A stretch of 64,000 bases of DNA from the NCBI GenBank assembly GCA_963695855.1, contig CAVOHZ010000010.1:1696001-1760000 (forward strand), read 5' to 3'. The stretch comes from an uncultured Nitrososphaerales archaeon (GTDB taxonomy: Archaea; Thermoproteota; Nitrososphaeria; Nitrososphaerales; Nitrososphaeraceae). Under the pieces are notes generated by a model. The model had not been told where the DNA came from. It ran no database searches and was given only the letters and a program-made list of their open reading frames with translations. Shown in pieces: positions 33,318 through 43,469 of the stretch. How positions within the stretch are numbered: position 1 is the first letter of the stretch; each line of letters begins with the position of its first letter. The translations under genes were made by a program, and so were the position numbers.

Positions 33318-33638
33318 TTAGATAAAATATGATTCAATCTCTCCTAATCTATCTAAGGATCCCTCACATTCACGAAGATCTGAAAATTCTGTCGAAGTTC
33401 TCACCTTTTGCAAAAACAAAATAACCTCTTCGTTGTTTACTCCATGTTTGATGTCATATTTTATTTTCCTTTGTACTTTATTTATTCCGCCATAACGTTT
33501 ATGAATTCTTCGTTCAAACCTACTGGCATCAGGTGAAAGTCCTTTAACATGTTTTATTATCGTTTTTTCCATGTTTTTTACATGCCAATCTCTCATAGGA
33601 AAAATATTTTGAGTCAAAAAAATCAATATACTATACAA
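33318..33638 (-). CDS. Hypothetical protein (likely start MRDWH at ~33596)
   Basis: ORF with plausible composition. Confidence 0.55.
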   Translation of the reverse strand: MYSILIFLTQNIFPMRDWHVKNMEKTIIKHVKGLSPDASRFERRIHKRYGGINKVQRKIKYDIKHGVNNEEVILFLQKVRTSTEFSDLRECEGSLDRLGEIESYFI

Positions 33639-34179
33639 AACAGTGGAATATAATGCAACCTATTAATCAAACCTTATTTTTATACTCTAGTCTATAACTA
33701 TTTACATATCTTAACTATCAAAATAGAATTTATAGGATAATATGGCTAAGATCCTATTTTACTACCATTCCACATAGAAAATACGATGGAGTAATTTCAA
33801 AAACTATTGAATGTCCTTTCCTTGGACTATCAATCAACATTTTAGCTATTTGATCTTATAATCTAGATATTTTATAGCATTTTTTTTCAGACATAGAAAC
33901 TACAAAAATTCATATTCTCATGTATCTTGATTTTTGTTTTTCCTCATACTCCTATATATAACGCATTACTTTCAACTACAGAAAAATATATTTTATTATT
34001 TTAAGCTATTTTTCCTAGGATATTTGAAGTTTTAACATAGAATTTTAGTTGAGATGAATGAAAGTAATACCAAACAGGATAAATATTTGGTTCATTCTTT
34101 TTATCTAAGAATATAATTAAAAGCTCAATATTTACAGTAAAAGGAGTTCACAAAGTTTACAAAATCAAAAATATAAAAT

Positions 34180-34500
34180 TTCTTCGTAGCATTCTAAGCT
34201 TTATTTATTCTTCTCCAAATCCTGTTATAATCTGGAATTGATGGTAATGTGTTGGAAGCATGTTCTCATACTACACCTTCTGTCTGTTTATTGTATTGTA
34301 AATGAAAATATGTTCCCACGTACCCAAATAACTTGATAAATAAACGAATCTGGAACACAAACTTCTTTTTATTCATCTTTTCTAATTCAATATCAGGTAA
34401 TAGCTCGCCTCTTTTTACTAAAGACTCATTGAATTTCTCTAGTTCACATAATGGTATTAGGATAGGTAAGTACAATTTTATCACGAATCCAATACAAAAA
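34180..34500 (-). pseudogene. IS5-family transposase N-terminal relic
   Basis: FNESLVKRGE...ELEKMN...YFHL.Y.QTEG then, past a stop, PSIPDYNRIWRRINK. Confidence 0.65.
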
Positions 34501-34581
34501 AGTAATAGATTAAAAATAATTTTCTTTTAGTACTAATTATATCTTATATATCAAATCTGTTAATTTGAAATGTTTTAACAA

Positions 34582-35772
34582 GTGAGACGATATCATGGTT
34601 TAAAAAATGTATTGTACATGGGTTTAGTTAGCTTCTTTACAGATATTTCTACTGAAATGATTACCTCCGTTTTACCTTTGTATATTATTAAAGATTTAGA
34701 TTTATCAAGAACCATTTTAGGCGCTATCGAAGGATCTGGAGAATTTGTAAATTATATATTTAGAATACCTTCGGGATACATTTCTGACAAAATTGGAAAA
34801 AGAAAAATTGTCATTATAATTGGCTATGGAATATCAACTATCAGTAAACCATTTTTTATATTTGCTACCTCATTTTTAGATACTATTATCGTCAGAATTT
34901 CTGATAGAATAGGAAAAGGTATTAGAACCGCACCTCGCGATGCATTAATTGCTGATTCTATAGATCAATCCATCTCCGGAAAGGCATTTGGTATTCATAG
35001 AACATTAGATCAAATAGGCGCTATAATAGGTCCATTGTTTGCATTTTTAATATTAGAATTGTTTCAAAATATTCAGTACATCTTTTTACTTTCAATAATA
35101 CCTGGAATAATATCACTTTTTATATTGATATATTTTGTAAAAGATAAACTTTATACAAATAGTAAAAAAGGACTTACTAATATCACCTTTTTTTCAAATT
35201 TACAAATTTTATTCATAGAAAATAAAACATTTGTTTATATAATTGTAATATTAGGAATATTTAGCCTAGGCGCTTTCAACTATTCCTTTGTACTTTTAAA
35301 ATCATCTGATTTAGGAGTTGAACAGAGTTTCATACCTATCATATACACAATAATTAACATCACCCATACTATAATTGGTATTCCTTCAGGAATATTATCA
35401 GATCGAATAGGAAAAGAAAGAGTATTAATAATTGGATTTCTGTTGTTTATAATATCTACAATTTTTATGTATTTTTCAGATAAATATAATATCATTTACA
35501 TCATTTCAATTCCTTTAATTTATGGTCTATATGTTGGTATATCTGAGACTATTCAGAGAGCGTTAATTTCTAAATATGTGTCTCCACAAAATAGAGGAAC
35601 TGCATTTGGATTCTACGGTCTGATAGTAGGAATATGTCTCTTAATAGGAAATATCACATTTGGTTTCTTGTGGGATAATTATGATATTAACATAGCATTG
35701 CTTTATAGTATAAGTCTATCAACTTTAGCAATTATTTTTATGTTTGGTTTTATAAAAATTAAGAAATATTAA
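34582..35772 (+). CDS. MFS transporter
   Basis: 12 TM segments, GYISDKIGKRK, GKGIRTAPRDALI, FGIHRTLD. Confidence 0.92.
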   Translation: MRRYHGLKNVLYMGLVSFFTDISTEMITSVLPLYIIKDLDLSRTILGAIEGSGEFVNYIFRIPSGYISDKIGKRKIVIIIGYGISTISKPFFIFATSFLDTIIVRISDRIGKGIRTAPRDALIADSIDQSISGKAFGIHRTLDQIGAIIGPLFAFLILELFQNIQYIFLLSIIPGIISLFILIYFVKDKLYTNSKKGLTNITFFSNLQILFIENKTFVYIIVILGIFSLGAFNYSFVLLKSSDLGVEQSFIPIIYTIINITHTIIGIPSGILSDRIGKERVLIIGFLLFIISTIFMYFSDKYNIIYIISIPLIYGLYVGISETIQRALISKYVSPQNRGTAFGFYGLIVGICLLIGNITFGFLWDNYDINIALLYSISLSTLAIIFMFGFIKIKKY

Positions 35773-36301
35773 CTTAAATTATTTTTCTATTGAGATATTA
35801 ATGATAATAAATCATATAACATGAGTTGGATGTAAAATAAAATTCGAATCTGATAACAGAAATAGCTTTATTTTTAGCTACACATTTTCCAATGATCTTG
35901 ACAATACTATCTTATCAAAAGAGTAGAAACTTTGAAAAAATATTCATATTATTTGAAGAAGAGAATTTTCAACAGTATAAATAATTATTTCATTAGTCCT
36001 GAATAAATACAAGAATTTGCAAAATCTAGTGATAAATTTTATTTCCTCAGTTTAAAAGAATTTTATTATCTATATTTGTATATTTACATTTGCAAAGATA
36101 GCACCTTTAAAATTGACTCATAGAAGTTGATTTTCATTTACAAAATTTATAGGTTATATAGGATAATTTAAGAATTGTACCCATTATCAAGATATTTCGT
36201 AATTTTAAAAAATAACAATATCTTAAAAATATAGATTAACTATATATATTTAGAGTTGAATAAAAAATAACAATAAACTTTCTTATTAAAAACTCTGTAT
36301 C

Positions 36302-37252
36302 TGTATTATCCCATGACATCTGTTACACTCTTTTACTTGGTAAGAGTAAGGAGTGTTGTTACACTAGATGCAGTATAAACAAGATCTAGAAAAGATAAGA
36401 AGATGGTGTATAAGACGTAAACTGGAAGGAGGATGGAAAGTAACTGACATCTGTAAACATATACACATATCCAGAATGAGTTTCTACAGATACTGGAACA
36501 GGTACAAGAAAGAGGGATTAAATGGACTAAAAGAATCATTCTAAAAGACCCACATACAATTCATAGAACAGATAAAAAGATAGAACAGAAGGTAGTACAG
36601 TTAAGAAAGAAATACCATTACTGTCCACACAAGATACAAGGAACTCTTGCGAACCAATACAACATAAAGGTAGGACATATGACAGTATACAGAATTTTAT
36701 GCAAAAGCGGATTGAACAACAATCCTATCAACAAACCCAGAAAGAAGAGAAAATACATACAATTTGAGCGTAAATTTCCAAATGAATTGTGGCAGATTGA
36801 CCTGAAAGTTATAGAAAATGAAGGAATTTGGCTGATATCTATTTTTGATGATCACACCAGATATGTGTTATCATCTATCAAATGTGTAGAAGGTACATCA
36901 GATAAGATTATTTATCTATTGAAGCGTACAATCAGAAAATATGGAAAACCATTACAGATACTGACAGACCATGGTTCACAATTCTATAATTCACATTCTA
37001 AATTACAGTCAGATTTTGATTCTTTCTGCAAAGAATATGACATACAACATGTTATGGGTGGTATAGGAAAACCTACCACACTTGGTAAAATAGAAAGATG
37101 GCATCGTACATATGATGTAGAGCGACCTAGATTCAAAAGACATGAGCAATTCATTAAATATTACAATAATAAAAGAGTACATATGTCATTGAACTACATG
37201 ACACCAGTACAAGTGTATAATAGGAGTGTAACACATGTGGTGGGATAATACA
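36302..37252 (+). mobile_element. IS481-family insertion sequence, 951 bp, 29-bp terminal IRs, 15-bp target-site duplication
   Basis: IRL TGTATTATCCCATGACATCTGTTACACTC (36302-36330) vs IRR 37224-37252 (26/29); TAAAAACTCTGTATC at 36287-36301 and 37253-37267. Confidence 0.95.
36368..37248 (+). pseudogene. IS481 DDE transposase, frameshifted near 36540
   Basis: HTH N-terminus from ATG 36368 stops at ~36544; downstream frame has WQID, DDHTR, LTDHGSQF, GKIERWH. Confidence 0.85.
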
Positions 37253-37267
37253 TAAAAACTCTGTATC

Positions 37268-37802
37268 TACAGTAATAGTAGTTGCAATTTTCACTATATC
37301 AATTGTTGGTACTTACGGTGTTTTATTGATAAATGGTCAAGCACCTTCCTCATCAAATATTGATATTTCCCAATGCGATAAAGTGATAAATGCCACTTCC
37401 TCAACAGGGATGATACATGGAAGTATAACTAATGATTGTATAAACGGAGGAAAAGGTAATGATATTTTGTACGGCGGATTGGGTTATGATATTTTAAATG
37501 GAAACGAAGGGGATGATGAACTAATAGGCGATTCTGGGAACGATAAATTGTATGGGGGAGCAGGAGATGATGATTTGGTTGGTAATTTAGGAGATGATCT
37601 ACTTGACGGTGGAGATGGAAATGATATACTTAAAGGAAATAAAGGTGATGATAAATTGATAGGAGGAAATGGTGATGATACGTTGATAGGTAATTCTGGT
37701 GCTGATTTTTACATATGTGGATCAGGAAATGACATCATAGTACAGTTTAACAATTTGAATGGAGATAGAAAAACTGCAGATTGTGAAACAGTAACAAGAT
37801 AG
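37268..37802 (+). pseudogene. RTX/hemolysin-type Ca-binding repeat protein, signal-peptide coding region interrupted by the IS481
   Basis: About ten GGxGxDxL nonapeptides; removing the IS restores the frame LIKNSVSTVIVVAIFTISIVG...INGQ. Confidence 0.8.
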
Positions 37803-38077
37803 AAATGAAAATAATGAATAATTATTTTAGTTTCTATTATTATCACTATGCAACAAAAAGAATTAAATGTTATATATTAAATCTTTTCCTAAGCTCTGTA
37901 AATTGAAATAATTTTGTTGTATACAGTACTATACTCAAGAAATTTTTGAAAAAATATAATAAATAAGAAAAAGATTACTAGTATCTTTTAACGATATACT
38001 TTTCAATTCAAGTAGTATATGTAATTTTGATACATCCATAAAAGTATAAACTATGGATAAAAATAAAGGATTGAATA

Positions 38078-38272
38078 TTAAGCTTGTTTAATTATCTTTT
38101 TAAAATGTTCAAGATTCTTGGAAATCTCTTCATTCCAAGATTCTTCTGTATAACCATGTTCTTTTATACCATGTTCCTTAGCATTTTTCAAAACTTCCTC
38201 TTCTGTTTCACCATAAATGGTATGAGTACATACAGGGTCTCCTGCATCCTTGCAGTTGATTGAAAGAGTCAT
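38078..38272 (-). CDS. DUF1059-family small metal-binding protein
   Basis: CKDAG..C...I.GETEEEVL....EH...EHG. Confidence 0.85.
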   Translation of the reverse strand: MTLSINCKDAGDPVCTHTIYGETEEEVLKNAKEHGIKEHGYTEESWNEEISKNLEHFKKIIKQA

Positions 38273-38381
38273 ATTGTATTTTATTATTAGATTAGAAATT
38301 ATTTAAACATGATCTAATCAAAAAATATGGATGAATTATTGATGTTGTTAAATCATTCTCTATTTAACTACTGGAGTTGAG

Positions 38382-38428
38382 CGCCGAGAGTGGGACTCGA
38401 ACCTCGAAGCCATACAACTGGGTTTATA
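38382..38428 (-). other. tRNA 3'-end fragment (T-arm plus acceptor strand, discriminator G) with arm motif GGGTTTATA
   Basis: Reverse complement GGTTCGAGTCCCACTCTCGGCG; no D or anticodon arm; GGGTTTATA at 38420. Confidence 0.7.
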
Positions 38429-38666
38429 CTGTTAAATTTAAAAGTTCTAATTATTCCCACAATAGGAAATAAATTATTTTAAACCTTTTCTAACATTGTT
38501 AAAAGAATAATTTTATATTGTATTATGTAACGTACACTGGAGAAACAAATACATAGGAATTTGCCAAGAGTTATTATTCAAGAACTATTTTGGACAATAT
38601 TTAGAAATTCGATGAAAAATTTTAAAAAATATTATTTCTATTACTCTCAACGCTAGGAATTAAGTC

Positions 38667-39710
38667 TTAAATTATGGGCGGTTGTATTTCTCTTACACTC
38701 AAATTTCTAAAATCAACCAAGACATTATCCCATCTAAAAGTTGCAGTGGGAGAACCCCATGTAATTATTTGATCTTCTTTCCCTTGACATTTATTACCAT
38801 CTTTACCCCATCCTCCACTATCACGATCTTCCGCAATTTTGAACCATGTATTGTTGAGATAGGGATCAAGCCAATTCTCAAGTTTTACTGTGCCATCTTT
38901 GAGATTATACATGACACTTTTAAACCTAAACCAATTATCTTTTAAATCACCAAAAGGATGAGAAATTTTTGGTTTTTTCCATGGCTTTGCATGAACTAGT
39001 TCTTTATTTAAGTTACTTGTTCCATCAAAATAGATTTTAAGCTTATAGCTTGATCCACCACATCCATTATTTATAAGAGAATGATGCTCGGATCTAGCGT
39101 AATGTGTTATACCTGGACCTTCGCCTATTTTATATAAATACTCTCCAGTAATTTCTACATTCTTCCAATCTGTAGGTTTATACCAATAGCCTTTTTTCGA
39201 GAGCTCTGTAAAGTTATAAGTTTCCATATTTCCTTTTGGATAACCTATTCCGTCTTTGGAATATACTCCCATTCGGGATCTTTCGCCTATGCTATAACTT
39301 CCATCCTCATTCTTTATAATACTCTTATAATTATGCAAGTATGGATCTGATTCTGGATCATAATTATTCATAAACCATTCAAAACCATTTTTTTTAGTAG
39401 GATAGATTTTTTTTATTCCAAATATATCGATATCCAAATTACTAAAATTTGCTGGCTGATGTTTTATTTCCACTTCATGAAGATCAGCATCTTCTTGGTT
39501 TACAGATTCTGGATCTTTATATTTATTCTGTTGTGAAAATACTAAATTCTCATTTATAAAATAAGTGGTAGCTATTAACAGAAAAAACGAAAAAAGTATT
39601 ATTAAGCTAGTTTTTATTATTTTTTCTTTTTTCATAAATACAATAACGGTATAGATTTGAAAAAGGTTTTCATGTAATAAATATAAGAATAATTGATATT
39701 TGAGTAACAT
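38667..39710 (-). CDS. Secreted/membrane-anchored beta-rich protein, possibly carbohydrate-binding or lyase-like (true start probably MKKEK)
   Basis: TM/signal segment; WKNVEITG, GCGGSSYK, WFRFK, DSGGWG, TFRWD. Confidence 0.6.
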   Translation of the reverse strand: MLLKYQLFLYLLHENLFQIYTVIVFMKKEKIIKTSLIILFSFFLLIATTYFINENLVFSQQNKYKDPESVNQEDADLHEVEIKHQPANFSNLDIDIFGIKKIYPTKKNGFEWFMNNYDPESDPYLHNYKSIIKNEDGSYSIGERSRMGVYSKDGIGYPKGNMETYNFTELSKKGYWYKPTDWKNVEITGEYLYKIGEGPGITHYARSEHHSLINNGCGGSSYKLKIYFDGTSNLNKELVHAKPWKKPKISHPFGDLKDNWFRFKSVMYNLKDGTVKLENWLDPYLNNTWFKIAEDRDSGGWGKDGNKCQGKEDQIITWGSPTATFRWDNVLVDFRNLSVREIQPPII

Positions 39711-39849
39711 CTTAAGTTTATTGGACTAATTATTATCATTATTTGGTATACCAGTCTTTGAAATTGTAAAGTGATCTATTATTATGTTATTTTGAAAGCT
39801 AGTTATAGTAGTAGTTCTCTTATCTTAGTTTTATTTACTTATTTATTTT

Positions 39850-40038
39850 ATGGATAATATTTATTTTATGGATAATAATACTCGTATCAGAAAATTCTTA
39901 ACTTATAAATCGTACATATATAGTAAGTATATTTGTATTCCGAAAGACTTTGAAAAATTAAATTTGGAAGAAAACCAATTAATGAAATTAATGTTAAATG
40001 AAAATAATCAATTAATTGTTACTAGATTAGAGATTTAG
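39850..40038 (+). CDS. AbrB/MazE-like small DNA-binding protein
   Basis: SKYICIPKDF.KLNL....L.L.L......LIV pattern. Confidence 0.5.
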   Translation: MDNIYFMDNNTRIRKFLTYKSYIYSKYICIPKDFEKLNLEENQLMKLMLNENNQLIVTRLEI

Positions 40039-40039
40039 A

Positions 40040-40310
40040 TATATCTTTAAAACAATCTTCTCTTCAGGAAACTCAAGATCCCTGTCTAGTTCTAATGCTT
40101 TTTCTATATCATCTTTATAAATACGACCCAGTTCACATTTGGTTTTTTGCTTTGTTATACTAAGCATCAGCATATTTTGGATCTGTCTCCAAAGCCTTGT
40201 CCAAAAGATTCAAGCCTCTTTCATATCTACCAAGTATGTCAAGAACATTGCCTTTGTTATAGTAGGTTAGAACATATTTTGGATCTATATCTAATGATTT
40301 CTATAATAAT
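40040..40310 (-). pseudogene. TPR-repeat protein relic
   Basis: IDPKYVLTYYNKGNVLDILGRYERGLNLLDKALETDPKYADA*YNKA... with an in-frame stop. Confidence 0.75.
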
Positions 40311-40684
40311 TTTAGGGGAAACTCGTACTTTTTCTGTAATAACAACTTGTAGAAAGTAAGAAAAGATTATATTTATTATCTTCAATTTCTACATATTTAT
40401 CAATATAGTGTTTTTGCAAAGGTTTCCATTTGTTACCATCTTTAAAATCATATTCTAATTCCTCTATTTGAAAATCATGTACACTAAAAGTTTCGTTCGA
40501 ATTTTTGGAAATTAACATTAAATCTTTTGACAAAGCAATATTGCTGGTATAGATATAACGAAAAAATGATTGCAAATGAATAATTGTTGTTGCAGAAAAA
40601 TTGAGGAAGATATTTGTTATGTGTTATCTTCTGTGCATAACAAGTATCAGTTATTGTTGCTTGCTGTTTCTGTTCGTATCATGT

Positions 40685-41443
40685 TCATACTTTTGTTGCA
40701 GGTAGCACCAATATTTGACCGACCATGTTAGGCAGGTGTACGTGACAGACATAATTTATGATTCCCGGATTGTTTGCTATGAATGATACAGTATTGATTT
40801 GTCCTCTCATAAGTTCGAAGTTTCCTACTCCATCGACCGTAATTACATGATGTGCTCCTTGTACTCCTATGAAATGGAGAGTGACTTTATCGCCTTGGTT
40901 AACCACTATTTGATTTGGAGCGAATGCAAATGATCTAAAGTCCCAAGCTCCTGCTTTATTTGGTTCTGTTATCTTGATTCCTCCTCCAGTTGGTATAGTC
41001 GAATTTGCAGGAGGCTGCTCTGCTGGATGTAGTGGAGTATTCTGGGGACAAGTATCACATTTTACGGCAGCGTTTATGTTTGTCATTCCATCAAAATGTA
41101 CTGTATTTATCCAGAATTCCTTGTTCGTTGTTTGATTTGGGTTAACTGCTTTTACTGCTGCTCCAGTCATACTACTACTTGCTGATGCAGCCTTGTACTC
41201 ATTTGGTGTTTCTGTTGTTGTGCTTTTTGCAGGTTGGTAAACTTCTTGTGTCATTGCTTTCTGTAAGTTTTGAGTATTGTTGATGCCAATTATCATAGCC
41301 CCTACCACTGATGCAGCTATGATTGTCACAGCCATTAGCTGTGCTTGTTTTAAATCTATTATTTTTTTTCGATTCATTTTGTAGATGTAATATGTTCTAG
41401 TTTTCATATAAACAAGGAGACAAATTCCATCTCTGAATTTCAC
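40685..41443 (-). CDS. Membrane-anchored cupredoxin (type-1 copper) protein; likely start MNRKK at ~41377
   Basis: TM segment, F.PNQIVVNQGDKVTLHF, GAHH, YVCHVHLPNMVG (C-x2-H-x3-M); extra CDTC motif. Confidence 0.85.
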   Translation of the reverse strand: MKFRDGICLLVYMKTRTYYIYKMNRKKIIDLKQAQLMAVTIIAASVVGAMIIGINNTQNLQKAMTQEVYQPAKSTTTETPNEYKAASASSSMTGAAVKAVNPNQTTNKEFWINTVHFDGMTNINAAVKCDTCPQNTPLHPAEQPPANSTIPTGGGIKITEPNKAGAWDFRSFAFAPNQIVVNQGDKVTLHFIGVQGAHHVITVDGVGNFELMRGQINTVSFIANNPGIINYVCHVHLPNMVGQILVLPATKV

Positions 41444-41462
41444 AAATGGAATTCGTCTAACT
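41422..41462. promoter_or_regulatory. Palindromic operator-like sites GAATTCCA-N4-TGGAATTC (two overlapping imperfect copies)
   Basis: 41435-41462 matches the reverse complement of 42785-42812 at 24/28. Confidence 0.65.
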
Positions 41463-41627
41463 AAGGCAAAAATAGCAAAATTATTTTCAAAATCAGTTTA
41501 AGTATTTCTCGATCTTTGTTATAATAAATATTCTTCTTTCGCAAATGAAGAAAAAAGAACTACGCTTATTGCATCTATAATCGTTAATATATTAAATACG
41601 AACTAGATAACAAGAAATCAGAGAATA

Positions 41628-41981
41628 ATGATAGTTCAAAGCCAAAGAGCAAAGAAAGCACTCCTAGCTGCTTTGGCTGATGAAGAAATGACTAAAATCT
41701 TGGATTCTGTTATGTATCAATCTAAATCTATTGCTGATATCACAAGAGAAAATAATATTGCACATACTACATGCTATAGAAAAACCAAATGGCTAATTAA
41801 CGAAGGACTTGTTATAGTTGACAAAATTGTTATTACACCGGAAGGAAAGAAATTTAGTTTGTATCGTAGTGTTTTCAAATCTATAAACGCAAAATACGAA
41901 ATCAATAATGTAATTGTAGAAGCTGAACAGAATTTTGACATTGTAAAAAAGACAATGGCATGGTTTTATTCATTAGAATGA
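41628..41981 (+). CDS. ArsR-like winged-helix regulator
   Basis: LLAALADE...KIL...KSIADI....IAHTTCYRK...L...GLV...GKKFSLYRS. Confidence 0.82.
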   Translation: MIVQSQRAKKALLAALADEEMTKILDSVMYQSKSIADITRENNIAHTTCYRKTKWLINEGLVIVDKIVITPEGKKFSLYRSVFKSINAKYEINNVIVEAEQNFDIVKKTMAWFYSLE

Positions 41982-42011
41982 TGATCATAGGAATTATAAT
42001 AACACAACAAC

Positions 42012-42410
42012 TCAGTTATTGCTGCTACTAGTAGTCCTACTACCACCATTACTATTATCATTATCTATATTACTTTCAATCATCTTTTTTCCTCGTTTTT
42101 CTGCATAATAAAATCTAAACCACATTATAATAGTGAAAACGATTGCAGAGCCAACATGAATTTGCGATCCAATATTTGGTGGCAAAGTTGAAAATATAGC
42201 AATTCTATTATTCTCTATTATTTCTCCTAAAATGTAAACTGCAATAAATATTGATATTTGAAATTGGAATGCTTTAATGCTCTTGGATCTTACTGCAAGC
42301 CACATGAATATGATCAACGGTATGAATGACAGAATAAGTGTAATATCACTCATAGAATGCAAAAAATAAGAAGTACTGATAGTATTGTTAATTTCAAATA
42401 TATTTATCAA
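42012..42410 (-). CDS. Small 3-TM membrane protein
   Basis: Hydrophobic segments with intramembrane His residues; 4-bp overlap with the upstream gene. Confidence 0.7.
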   Translation of the reverse strand: MINIFEINNTISTSYFLHSMSDITLILSFIPLIIFMWLAVRSKSIKAFQFQISIFIAVYILGEIIENNRIAIFSTLPPNIGSQIHVGSAIVFTIIMWFRFYYAEKRGKKMIESNIDNDNSNGGSRTTSSSNN

Positions 42411-42721
42411 GTGTTAAACTCCTGCTGTTGTTGTTTTTTTGCTTTAAACGTACTTATAAGATACATTACTGCGAACAAAAGCAATGCCATCATCGATAAT
42501 GGTTCTAGAAATCCTTTTGCCAATAATCTAAAACCAAGAGTTCCAACAATGTGGTAGAAAACCTGAATTAAAATAAATCCAATAAGTATTATGGTTAATT
42601 TTGTAAGATGATTATTATTATTGATACTGTTTCTTGATTTTAAAATAAAGTATGCTGGAATTATAGCAGCAACGATGTAAACAATAGCGTCAATAAGATT
42701 ATAATATTGAGTTTCCAGCAT
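42407..42721 (-). CDS. Small 3-TM membrane protein
   Basis: Three hydrophobic segments; QVFYH. Confidence 0.7.
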   Translation of the reverse strand: MLETQYYNLIDAIVYIVAAIIPAYFILKSRNSINNNNHLTKLTIILIGFILIQVFYHIVGTLGFRLLAKGFLEPLSMMALLLFAVMYLISTFKAKKQQQQEFNT

Positions 42722-42784
42722 TTTTAGACTAATTCACCACTATTTAACAACTAATACTTTATAATTATATTGAACATTAAAAGT

Positions 42785-42812
42785 AGTTATACGAATTCCA
42801 GTTTTGGAATTC
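42785..42812. promoter_or_regulatory. Perfect 8-4-8 palindrome GAATTCCA-GTTT-TGGAATTC upstream of the membrane-protein pair
   Basis: Read directly at 42793-42812. Confidence 0.7.
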
Positions 42813-42916
42813 ACACATAAAATTCGTGTCTATTCTTATTAGAGCAATAAAGCAGATCGTAGAATAATGAATAATGAATAACATAAATCCTTTTATGAAA
42901 TATCAGAAATAAAAAA

Positions 42917-43186
42917 ATGAATTTGAGAAGCTACAGAAGAAACACCAAAATATACCTTGCTATGGTAGATCCCTGTCTTGTTTATAACAAGCATGTTCCA
43001 GCTGTTTACAATAAGGATACTCATTATGTAATAAATGAAAAGTTAACGTTAGAAATACTCAAGAAAATTTCTGATTGTGAACAAGTATTACAAATCAGTG
43101 ATGAATACACAGGCTGCTCTGCAACCATGGATGCATTATATGAGCTTAATCAGAGAAATTCCTCTAAATACAGTTTCTATGGATAA
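42917..43186 (+). CDS. Hypothetical protein or fragment
   Basis: 89-aa ORF, no recognisable motif. Confidence 0.35.
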   Translation: MNLRSYRRNTKIYLAMVDPCLVYNKHVPAVYNKDTHYVINEKLTLEILKKISDCEQVLQISDEYTGCSATMDALYELNQRNSSKYSFYG

Positions 43187-43329
43187 GGATGTGTTTTTAG
43201 ATAATAAAAATATAGCTGTTGAACAAGAAGTAAAGAATATCAAACTTCAAAATTAATTAGACTAGACTTTTCATTTAAGAGAAGTATTATCAAATATTAA
43301 ATATTATTAGAATTTCAAAACTGTCCTAA

Positions 43330-43410
43330 TTTATTAGGTAAGAAAGGAAAAAGTTATAACAATATTTTTTGAAATATACAATCCTAATCCTGTACCTTTA
43401 TCCTATTTCA
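43330..43410 (-). pseudogene. Histidine kinase HATPase fragment
   Basis: Encodes DKGTGLGLYISKNIV; TTTTTTGAAATATACAATCCTAATCCT is shared with the intact kinase at ~43597. Confidence 0.65.
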
Positions 43411-43469
43411 TTACAAAATTAACTTATCCATTATTTATCCATTTATTTACTATTATCAATAATGTCAAC

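Noticed and set aside
38382-38403. Functional or split tRNA gene
   Set aside because: Only the T-arm and acceptor 3' strand are present; no anticodon half or leader for trans-splicing is visible
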